DNA from: Macrostomum lignano
Lineage: Eukaryota
Assembly (NCBI GenBank): GCA_002269645.1
Contig: NIVC01002574.1
Location: 96,805-160,804, forward strand
Reading direction: 5' to 3'
Length of the DNA stretch: 64,000 bases
Every line of letters begins with the position of its first letter. The first letter of the stretch is position 1. Of the stretch, positions 54,365 to 64,000 are shown piece after piece. The notes beneath the pieces were generated by a model, which was not told where the DNA came from, ran no database searches, and saw only the letters and a program-made list of their open reading frames with translations. Both the position numbers and the translations under genes were made by a program.

Positions 54365-56236
54365 ATGATATTTTCTGGAACACCCTCATGGAACGGAACA
54401 ACAAGTACTGGTGGTGGTACGTCTGGTGGAATAAGTGTTACCTTCGGAGATAATCGATATATTAATGAAGATGAAGGTTATAAAAAAAGTGAAGTTGATA
54501 CTAAACTAAATTTGAAACGGAATGTTGCAGATTCCTATACCAAAACTGAAATCGATACTTCATTAAATCTTAAAAGAGATATTAGCGATTCATATACAAA
54601 ATCAGAGGTTGACACTGGGTTAAATTTAAAAAGAGATATAACTGATTCTTATTCTCGAACTGATTCTGATTCGCGTTATGTTCAAGCCACCGCAACCGGA
54701 ACTTTAGATATGGATAACAATCGAATTATAAATGTTGCAATTACAACGAATAACTCGGTAGTTGATAAGAACTATGTCGATAATCAGGTTGGTAGTCGTA
54801 ACGGCAATATCAATATGAATAATTTTAAATTAACAAATTTATTATTTGGAACAGAGGCCACAGACTCGGTCAATTTAGGGCAGGTCAACGCTCGAGCTAA
54901 TGTAACCGACGCCGATATTTTTGCCACGCCGCTTACATCAAATACTTCAAATCCAGATGTTGTTCTTACAGCATCCGAAAATACCAACGATGCTTTTCGA
55001 GTTGGAGATGGAAGCCTTGCGACACAATGGTCACCAAATACCGGAACCACAACCAATATGGAAATTCAATTTGAATTTTTAGGTTATAATCGAAGAATAA
55101 ATGAATTAAGAATCACAGGCAGCGCAACTATTGATATTCCATCGGGATGGTCGGTTCGTGCAAAAAATGTTGCTACCGATGCATGGACGGTATTACGAAC
55201 GTCGGGATCACCAATTCAAGCAACTTCATTTGCGTTAACTAATTTAACGGTTAATTTTTGGAAATATTATAGCGTTTTATTCCCAACTGGTGGCACCGCT
55301 ACACAACCTATCGAGGTTCGTCTAATACAATTATTTGAACACCGAGTTGAAATTCAAGATCTTAATTGGCCAAATGAAATACTATCTGCTACCCCGCGAG
55401 CGTACGTAGATCAGGTAGCAACTCCAACTTCAAATGGTAGAATGTCTGCCGGTGATAAAAATAAATTGGATAATATTCCCGCGATTGATGCCGCATTATT
55501 CGAGCCAGTAATTTGTAATTGGACTGGATATCAAAATCCAACAACCGCTGGAGATATATATCCAGTTGGTTCTTTAATTGGCGACGCTTCTTATATCGAT
55601 TATCAAAATGGAGCTAGAATTACTCGTGAAACTGGTGGAGTAAGTGGGGCATTACAATTCAATTTCACACATTTTCAAAATATATCTGCGTCTTTCTATT
55701 TCCGAGTCGCTAATTCTACAGGAGATGGTGCAGATGCGGTTTGGTTTTATGCATATTGTCACGAACGCCCAACAAGTGAAGGTGGGACTGGATTAACAAC
55801 CGACGCCGGATTGATAGTTTTTGCAAGTGAGTGGCATGATAAATTTGGCGTTGTATGGAGTAATAAAAAATCAGACGGATCAAGCCGCGCGGATGTTAAT
55901 ACTGACGCAGATCAAACGGTAGATTATGCAAATATTGATAACGGCGATTGGCATTTATTTGAAATTAATATTTTAAATCAAAGGGTTTGGTATCAATTAA
56001 ATTCATACAATGTTTCGGCCGATTCTTATACCCTCATTGGGCAGAACGTTTTCACATATGATAGTGGCACTTGGGGAACGTTGGATAAGACTGGAACCCT
56101 TATGGGTTTTGGTGCTCGAACTGGAGGATCGGATGCTGCACATTTTATTCGTGGCGCTGGCGTTTGTGGTAGCACATCGTTTGGTTATGTTTTTCCCTCT
56201 ACTGCTTATTTGGAAAAACCTCCTACTCAAATATAA
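54365..56236 (+). CDS. Fibre/receptor-binding-like protein, 623 aa
   Basis: SYTKxEVDT repeats, NMNNFKLTNL and MSAGDKNKLDNI fibre motifs, discoidin-like segment, C-terminal L-type lectin-like GDGADAVWF..GFGARTGG..H. Confidence 0.7.
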   Translation: MIFSGTPSWNGTTSTGGGTSGGISVTFGDNRYINEDEGYKKSEVDTKLNLKRNVADSYTKTEIDTSLNLKRDISDSYTKSEVDTGLNLKRDITDSYSRTDSDSRYVQATATGTLDMDNNRIINVAITTNNSVVDKNYVDNQVGSRNGNINMNNFKLTNLLFGTEATDSVNLGQVNARANVTDADIFATPLTSNTSNPDVVLTASENTNDAFRVGDGSLATQWSPNTGTTTNMEIQFEFLGYNRRINELRITGSATIDIPSGWSVRAKNVATDAWTVLRTSGSPIQATSFALTNLTVNFWKYYSVLFPTGGTATQPIEVRLIQLFEHRVEIQDLNWPNEILSATPRAYVDQVATPTSNGRMSAGDKNKLDNIPAIDAALFEPVICNWTGYQNPTTAGDIYPVGSLIGDASYIDYQNGARITRETGGVSGALQFNFTHFQNISASFYFRVANSTGDGADAVWFYAYCHERPTSEGGTGLTTDAGLIVFASEWHDKFGVVWSNKKSDGSSRADVNTDADQTVDYANIDNGDWHLFEINILNQRVWYQLNSYNVSADSYTLIGQNVFTYDSGTWGTLDKTGTLMGFGARTGGSDAAHFIRGAGVCGSTSFGYVFPSTAYLEKPPTQI

Positions 56237-56252
56237 AATATTTCTATATAAA

Positions 56253-56552
56253 ATGGCTTTTAGTAGAACTCCATCGATGCGGCAAAATAATGTTATTATT
56301 CCTATTCCTAAACAAGAATCAAATATAAAAACATTCAAATCTCATACCAAATTTTTATTTAGTACTGTAAATGTTCAGGATAATAAGAAGCTTCAAGAAT
56401 TAATTAAGTTATTAAAAAATCATATTATACTTCAAGAGTTTTGGAAAATTGGATTTAAATGGGAGAAAAAAGAAAGAATCACTCCAATACAATACCTATT
56501 AAGCTCCGGGCAAATACCAAAGAGCGTGGGGAATTCATTTTGGTGCTATTAA
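56253..56552 (+). CDS. Hypothetical protein, 99 aa (ATG at 56253)
   Basis: TATAAA-ATG start within the listed ORF. Confidence 0.5.
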   Translation: MAFSRTPSMRQNNVIIPIPKQESNIKTFKSHTKFLFSTVNVQDNKKLQELIKLLKNHIILQEFWKIGFKWEKKERITPIQYLLSSGQIPKSVGNSFWCY

Positions 56553-56564
56553 AAATAGACGAGA

Positions 56565-57204
56565 ATGTCGGTATCTGAAGCAGATAAATGGGAACGCGAC
56601 CGGTTCAACCAACGTAAAGGTCACATGTTAAGTAATGTTGATCGAATAAATTATGATTATGATTTATATAGTAAAAAAGTAAGAAGAGTTTCAAACCATA
56701 TAAGAAATATGGACTTTTTCAATATTGGATTTGGAAGCTTATCAATGTTATGTGTAATCGTTTTAGGTATTTTACAATCTATTCCAACTCTTAATTTATC
56801 TCAATTATTTTTAGGTATTTCAATTGGGTCAATATCAGGTTTTGAATTGATCAGGAACTTATCAATACTTTTAGCAATTAAATTATATCTTAAAAAAAGA
56901 AAGGAAAAATATAAATCATTAAGAGATGTTGCCAAGCAATATAAAAATCAATTATATTTATATGTGCAAAAAAATATTGGATGACGGAGAGATAACGATT
57001 CATGAATTATCAACCGCGGTTGAATTATATGAAAAATATTTAAAAGATAGAAATAGAATTTTAGATGTTGAAACTTTTACCGATATGGAATTAAAAGAAT
57101 TACGTTTGGACAAACCCAAAGCTCCACCTATAGAAACATTAGGTATTTACGAACCTGAAACTATTGCTACTGGGCACAAAGCCCGCGGTCAGGAAGTGCT
57201 GTAG
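56565..57204 (+). CDS. Two-TM Polinton accessory protein, frameshifted in an A-run near 56970
   Basis: Two hydrophobic helices, then KEKYKSL..LDDGEIT..YEKY pattern. Confidence 0.6.
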
Positions 57205-57238
57205 AACTTAATGTTGTTTAATTTATTTAATGCATATG

Positions 57239-57700
57239 TTATATATTCTTCCCAAAGTGGTAACTCTCTTCTGATCTAGGTTTAAATTTTTTATCAATAC
57301 ATAAAAATTCCAATGACTTTTTCAATAACATTTCGTTAGGTATGTTACCTATCCTTATAAACTTTGTATTCTCTCGAATAAGAAAATTGAAATAATATCC
57401 AACTAAAATTAAAATCCTTTCAGAGTCTTTCGAACTTAATCCCTTTCCTTTATTTAAATGGAAAAAGTTATTATATAAATAAACATTATTTCCGGGAATT
57501 AAAATTGGATCAGAAATGTCTCTTGTAAGATTTCTTAAAATTGTGTTTTTAAAATAGTAATATGAGTTTTCAATCTTTTTTGTTTTTTCAAATTGATATA
57601 TTTTAGAACATGAATAACACATATGATATATATCTCCGTTTGCTGTTTGCCCTCTGTGCATAGTCACATTACATTTATTACAAACATAAATGTCTTTCAT
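57239..57700 (-). CDS. Hypothetical protein, 153 aa, N-terminal CxxC..CxxC zinc ribbon
   Basis: CNKC and CYSC. Confidence 0.55.
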   Translation of the reverse strand: MKDIYVCNKCNVTMHRGQTANGDIYHMCYSCSKIYQFEKTKKIENSYYYFKNTILRNLTRDISDPILIPGNNVYLYNNFFHLNKGKGLSSKDSERILILVGYYFNFLIRENTKFIRIGNIPNEMLLKKSLEFLCIDKKFKPRSEESYHFGKNI

Positions 57701-57726
57701 TTTTTTGTTATTTTTTTAGATTAAAA

Positions 57727-58054
57727 ATGGAGAGCTGGTTCAAAACCGATTCTAATGTGATTAATTATCTCACACCCAATATGTTGGAGAATAAAGAATA
57801 TAATATTGTATGTTTGAGACAGGTTAAATTTATTGGACTTCAATCATATTTTTACAATTAGATGGGCAAAAAATTTTATGTCTAAGCGGAGATGATGTTA
57901 AAAATTTTCCTGTTTTAGTTATTAATAAACCTAAAGCGTTTGTTATGAAATACAGCAACGAGGGTGGATTGCAATTTAAACTAAAACAAACAAATAATAA
58001 AAAGAGTGATAGGACTGTAAAATTGGCGGCTGTTTGGGAGGATGACCGAATAAG
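57727..58054 (+). CDS. Probable small frameshifted ORF (MESWFKTDSN...)
   Basis: TAAAA-ATG start; continuous only with indels. Confidence 0.3.
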
Positions 58055-58073
58055 TTAAATTTTTTATAAGAAA

Positions 58074-58412
58074 ATGGATACGATAAAAATCCTTATCACT
58101 AAAGAGCGTGAACTTAATGATATTAATAAAAAAATAAATATAATTATATCTCAGAAATATCATGAGTATGGGGACGATATGTTTCCCATCCGATATGAGA
58201 TAGATAAAAGAAAACGTTTTTTAAGACAAGATATTGTTTATGCTGAAATAGTAATTGAAATTGAAATAGATAGATTGGTTAGAAAAATAAAAAAACTTAG
58301 GAAAAAAATAAAGGATTGTTTAAGTTACCCTGCCGACTGTGAGGATAATTGGTGCTCAATAATATATGAAATTGAAATGTTAATGATTTGCTCAAACAAT
58401 TACATGCTTTAG
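58074..58412 (+). CDS. Hypothetical protein, 112 aa
   Basis: Intact ORF. Confidence 0.5.
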   Translation: MDTIKILITKERELNDINKKINIIISQKYHEYGDDMFPIRYEIDKRKRFLRQDIVYAEIVIEIEIDRLVRKIKKLRKKIKDCLSYPADCEDNWCSIIYEIEMLMICSNNYML

Positions 58413-58538
58413 TTTTTTACAGACCGATAAGTAATTTTTCTGTTAATCTCTTCCAGTTATTCAAGACTTTTTCCTTATTTAATTTTTTAAGTTCTTTTGG
58501 AAATGTTGAATAATAATTATCTATATCTTTTTCATATT

Positions 58539-61500
58539 CTAGAAATGTATTATATTCACAATCACATTCGATTCACAATCACAATCGTAATAATAATTAT
58601 TTATTGCCGCTTTGTATTCATTATATTTGCTTATTATATCTTCTTTTTGTTTTTTATCTTTTATCATATTTTTTATCTCTTCTTTTAAACCATATGGATA
58701 TGTTTTAATTTTATCATCTAAATACTTTTATCATCAAATGGACTTAATGTTTTTTTATCTGTCTCGATGACAAACATCTGATGCTTATCTGAATTTAATC
58801 GATATTGTGGAGCATGATAATTTTCAATTGTATTAAGGTAATCTAAAAGTACGTTTTTATAATCATCAAATGTTATCTTTTTTACTGCTGCTCTTGATAC
58901 CCCTTTTATTTTTTTTACCTCTCCCTCCTGTCCTAAAACCTTAAATGCATAGCATTTTGATCTTATTGCTATAAACTCGGTTATGATTTTGCTATTTAAT
59001 TCATCTTTCATTTTAAGTACAACTTTTTTATTTTGATCTGATTTTAAAGGATGGTTATCCGGATAGTCGGAGGTATCCAATGTATCCTTAATTTTTTCCA
59101 TATCTTTATAGACATCGAACCTTTGGTTCGCGGACTCCGTCCGTCATCTGTTTCAACCTTAAATACCAAACTGTCGGTGTCTGCATATATTGGATAGTTA
59201 TCTGGCCATGTTTTATTTATAACATCATAATAATATTCATACATTACCAGCTTTGCATAATCTAAAACAACCATTCCAATAAATATTGGTTTAAGAAATT
59301 TTGTTGTTTTATTTCTCATATGAATACCCATAAAGTTATCATCAAATTTTATAAAGTCTTTAAAGTTAGGTTTTGAGAAATATTTCTTTGCTTTATCAAT
59401 ATCCTTTTCTAAATGGAATTGGGTTCTATCTCTAATATTTTCAACCGTTTTTCCATAAAAAGCATTATTCATTAATTTCCAATAATCTTTCTCAAAATTT
59501 GTTTTTGACATCTGTCTCTGATTTGAATTAAAGTCAATATATTTAGCTAACCAATCTTCCTCAATAAACGATATTGTTCGATGTACTTTAGACACTTTTA
59601 ATCCCTGCTTTTTCATAAAATTGTAGAAGCTTATAATGCACTACATAGTTTTTCTTATCATGTAAATTTAATATTAATTTTTTTGTTGCTAGATGTTTTG
59701 CATTATCTACTTTAAGATAATCTTTTTGTGTTTGTGATAAATCATCTTCATTAACTGAACAATGCTCTGGAGCTAAAGGATATTTATATGTTTTTGCTTT
59801 TGCTTCCCGAGTATATTGCAAATCCACTTCTACGATACAGCCCCTTCCTTCGGGAATATTTTTGTAATAATCGGGGTCATCTTCCCATTGGAAATCAGCT
59901 ATTGGTAATTTTTGTTTCATACAACCACCGTATAAATTGTTTGCATCTAGATATAATACATATGATGATTTTTCTTTTTTATTATAATTTGGTAGATATT
60001 TATTATTTACTTTAGTATATCTATCTCCTAGTACACCCGAGAATCCGCCGCGAATTCCTCTCTCAATCATTAACAACATATCATGATCAGTTAGTAAATC
60101 AATCTTAACATCTGTATGTTTCAAACCACAAGCCCATGTTAATCCGGTGCACTGAAACAATATGCGGGATCAATTTTAAAATTCTCATATGTATGATTCC
60201 TAAAGTTTTCAAATGCATCAGCTAATAGGAGAACATCTGCTTTAAGATATAGATTATGATAATCTTTAAATGTTTTACAATTAAAGTATTTCCATACTTT
60301 TTGAGCGTGTTCATAATCCGATTCACTTATGTTTGTTTGTGATAATGTTGAATAAAACTTTTCAATTGGGGGTAATTCGGTATGAAAAAATACGTCTTCA
60401 GATGTTACATATTCATATGGGTAGATGCCCTTACGAGTTAATAGCATTAGTTCTTCCTCGGATAGTTTTTCTTTTTGAAACGATTCAATAGATTGGAAAG
60501 TTTTTTTTACTATTTCTAAATCCCATGGTTTTGGAACTAATGATGAAACAACATTTGCTAAAGATGTTGATAAGAATCTCAAGGAATCTAGAAAAACTAG
60601 ATGGGAGTATTTCTTACCATATGTTATTGATATGTAATTTTCTGATGTTTTAGGTAATATATTTATTTCATATTCATCCTTTCCTAAATGAAGCAATTCT
60701 CGAACTAAGAAATGAAAATCATATCCGGAACCATTATGAAAAAATACTGGTATTTCCTTACATCCTTTTCCTTCTTTTGCATTACATGATCTACATGCTG
60801 CCCCTCGATAATTTCCTGTTAGATGACAATGTTCTCGTATCTTATTATTCTTACTTAAATGTCTTTTGCACATAAAACAATTTGTTGCATTTTTATAATT
60901 GTCTCTATCCTTATTTGTCATATTAATATTTTTTGATAATTTATCATATTGATTTTGAATATATTCAAATACATTTACTAATGATTCTGCCATGTGCTTA
61001 GCTGCATCATTACCGTGGTAAGTAATCATCCTTGATTTAAATATATGATCAGCTACGAGTGTACATATATACAATAACTATTCGGAAACTGTTGTGCCAA
61101 TTTTTTTGTGCATTCACCGTCATCAGATACCGTCTGTGATTCTTTTAAGGGAACATTTGTTGCTTCAAAATCAGCATATATTACTATTGGTTTTTTAACT
61201 GCCATATAATGTTGTTGGAACTTTAGGGTTGCATCTTCAGATGCTGGCATTATAGCATTAGTAAATTTGTGATCTAAACAAAATCGTTGATGATTTTTAA
61301 GAGCTGTTTCATCCTTTTTAAATGTAAACAATTTCTACATAGTGGATATCTATTTCTATTTTCTCTTAAAAAGAACTAATATCTTTTATGTATATATAAT
61401 GTGTTTCATTTTCGCGCTGCATGTACAAAAGATCGATTTGATCTGGTGCTGTTATATCAGTTGCTGGCTTAACAAGATAACAGTTTTCTTATACCATTCT

Positions 61501-62354
61501 GGATCGACTTGAATTTCTTCTAGATCTTTGGTTCTTCAATTGTAAACACATTAATATTTAAACCATTCATTTTTTCAATCTTATATATATCATCTATTGC
61601 TACTGGGTATGATATGTTTTTCATTATTATTTCATCCTCATATTGTCTATAATTATATATTTTATTAATGTGTGATTCTACTTGATTGTGATATTTATGA
61701 ATTAATAAACACCATAATAAACATTTATTATCTTTATTGTCTGGATTTATAATCATAGGTGATTTAAATTTGAGCTTCATATGTGATCGTCCTTTAAGAA
61801 TTTCTATGGTGCAATCTTTACTATTGCTGAATTACAGGATACAAATATAAACCCAGATCCGTTTTCTGTCATCTTATCTATCCATTCATCAAACTCAGCT
61901 TCTATTTGATCGAATTGATTGTTGTAATTTCCCATTGATAAATGTTTTATATGATTCTTGTGAAAAGTTATTTATTACTTCAATTTCTGAATTTGCATTA
62001 AGAATATTTGGTTTTTTAAATTCTGTTTCAACTTCTATTTTATACTTAATTGGCTGTCGTTTGTTATTTGGCCTTATAGTATAATTGTTTAATATGGTCT
62101 TTAATTTATCTTTCATTTGTTTAAAATATTCTTTATAATTTGTATTTATATCTATATCTATATATATTACTTCAGCTCCATTTTGTCCTTGTGGTTGGGG
62201 GTTATTAATATCATTTAATTGTCTTTCTAAACGTATCTCATTTTCTGCCCTAATTCTTGCTTCTATTTCAGCCCTATCTTCGTTGTGCATCGATTTGAGC
62301 TATTAATTGTGCTCTAAGTTCAGGGTTGTCGATTTGAGCTAAAATTGCTTCCAT
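58539..62354 (-). pseudogene. polB: Protein-primed family B DNA polymerase split by many small indels
   Basis: IYADFEA (ExoI), EHCHLTGNYRGAAC (endonuclease VII-like insert), FHNGSGYDFH (ExoII), YLKADV (ExoIII), YLDANNLYG, KLMNNAFYGK, YADTDS; ends approximate. Confidence 0.9.
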
Positions 62355-62399
62355 TTTATAGAATAAATTTATATAATGTATTTGAATTATTGATTTTTT

Positions 62400-63760
62400 A
62401 ATTTGCGTTTTTGGTGTCCAGACCCTCCCCCCAGGAGCCTATTCGAGATCTGCTTTTGGTAATAGCAATCCATTGCCCATAACGTTTGAATTTAAGAAAA
62501 TTCCTGAACCTGCTTTTGGTCTCATTTCGAGATATAATCCGCTTCCGTCGTGTTTTTCAATGATGTTAAAATCTTTTCCTAATTATAAAAATCTTTCTGA
62601 ACTGCTGGCTAAAATTGGATCCAATATTGTCAAAAAATCCTTTAGCTTTCTCACCCGTTTTTTCTAAAGTTTGACCAAATTCATGTAGTTTATCTGCGAC
62701 AACTCCACTTCCTTGGGTTGTTCCTTTTAGTACCAAACCATGCCATTTAAAGTAAACCTTTTCCTGCTAACCTAGCTTCTGCATTTCTTTTTTGCTCTGC
62801 TGTTGCTGAACTACTATTAATGGTGTATCATAAGTTTTCTGTTTGAATTGTGCGTCCTGCGTTATTTGCTGTCTTTGAAATTCGCCTCTCTTTAGCTTTT
62901 TCATCCGCAGCTTTTTCATTTACTGCTTTTGTGAATTCCAGCTGCGCCCCGCATCCACTCCAGCTGCTCCAATTCCTGCAAAAATTATTGGGAGCAAAGC
63001 TTGCAAGGCAAGATTCCCCTGTTTTGCTTAATCTCCTAGCTGTTTTCATTATCATGAATTCTTTTCCGGCTAAACCGACTGCTCCAGCTGCCCAGTCCTA
63101 AAAGAAGGTAGAATGGGTAAATCCGCCGTCCTTTTTAGTGTGAGTCTCCATAAAAATTTTACATCGGAGTCTGTCAACCTATAATTTCTGCCGCGATTCT
63201 TAAAGGATATTGGCCTTCCTTCTTGTGCATATTTTGCTGCGAGTTTAAATGTATCGATGTCGTAGTCAAACTTTTTACCTAATCGATCCAATCTTTTTAA
63301 CATTGTGTGGCTATGTTTATTATCATCTAGATCTAAAGTATCTACAATTTCTCCTATAAAATATAAGCGGTCGTTATCTGTGTCCATTTTTATATTGTTA
63401 AAATTTTTTAATCCTTTTCCGCCTTTAATTGTGTTAACATTTTATTAAAATCCTGAATATCTTTATTACTTATTGGCGTGCTTTTCGTGGGGGTTTCTGT
63501 TGGTTGTGCGGCTTGTGCCAGCTTTAAATCTTTTATTGCATTTATTTGTGAGAGGGTGTCGTTAAATCTCTCAATTTCTTTAGTTCTTCTGCCGCTCTAG
63601 CTGCTTCAATTCCTCCTTTTACAGCATTTGTTATAGAACCTGCTGCAGAGCCAGCTTGCCCTATAAGCCCATATTGTCTTTAACGAAAATTTGCTGCTGT
63701 TCCAACCACATCAAAAAGCCCCTCACCTCGGTATTCAACTGGTCTCCTACCTGCAATTCA
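62400..63760 (-). other. Cluster of frameshifted small Gly/Ala-rich Polinton ORFs (putative core or membrane-active proteins), including intact 63070-63387
   Basis: LLPIIFAGIGAAG..TKAVNEK, GEGLFDVV, GSGLYL, GSGIFL across frames. Confidence 0.45.
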
Positions 63761-63972
63761 TTCAGATTTTGCATATGTGTAACGTGTGTCATTTTTTGTT
63801 CTATTTTTAGTAACAGAAAAAGATTGTCTGCATTCCATTTAGACCAGATTTTAGACCAAATTTTGAAAACGAAAAACCAAAACGATAGTCTAGTTTTGTT
63901 TGGTCTAAAATCTGTCTAAATGGAATGTTGGGTGGGTAGGTTGAGCTGACTATAAATAGCTTCTATCTTTCC

Positions 63973-64000
63973 GACCCTTCGCGCCTGCGGCGCGGGCAAG
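63973..64000 (-). repeat. Inner start of right TIR (truncated by window end)
   Basis: GACCCTTCGCGCCTGCGGCGCGGGCAAG is the reverse complement of 46981-47008. Confidence 0.85.

Larger units (their letters stand above)
46700..64000. mobile_element. Polinton/Maverick (endogenous adintovirus-like dsDNA virus), nearly full length, extends beyond the window
   Basis: AGTAGT terminus, abrupt shift to AT-rich dense ORFs, pPolB, rve integrase, ATPase, adenain, capsid genes, TIR match between 46981-47008 and 63973-64000. Confidence 0.96.

Noticed and set aside
46700-64000. DNA methyltransferase partner for the nuclease
   Set aside because: No PC/ENV or DPPY/NPPY-type motif sets seen in any listed or reconstructed ORF

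Overview
Eukaryotic genomic DNA. GC-rich exons and minisatellite-filled introns resemble the flatworm Macrostomum lignano (inference only). Bases 1-46699 are host DNA: a 7-exon MAP1/Futsch gene (+), a 6-exon Mondo/MLXIP gene (-), an intronless SQSTM1/p62 gene (+), an 8-exon SLK/STK10-like kinase (+, one 1-bp frameshift), two decayed RTE-like LINE pieces, three MITE copies and about 25 tandem arrays. From 46700 to the window end lies an AT-rich, nearly complete Polinton/Maverick (about 17.6 kb predicted; right TIR starts at 63973). It encodes pPolB, PLA2-integrase, major and minor capsid, packaging ATPase, adenain protease, a fibre and accessory ORFs. Headline: the element encodes an Eco47II/Sau96I-like (GGNCC) nuclease with no visible methyltransferase, and my manual scan found no GGNCC site in it. 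Its PLA2 Ca-loop Gly-Pro codons (GGT|CCC, an unavoidable GGNCC) are split exactly by a 333-nt group I intron with a recognisable P1/P3/P4/P7 core. The element also carries a 28-bp double-hairpin micro-insertion with AT target duplications and covarying stems. All motif scans were done by eye and need computational confirmation.
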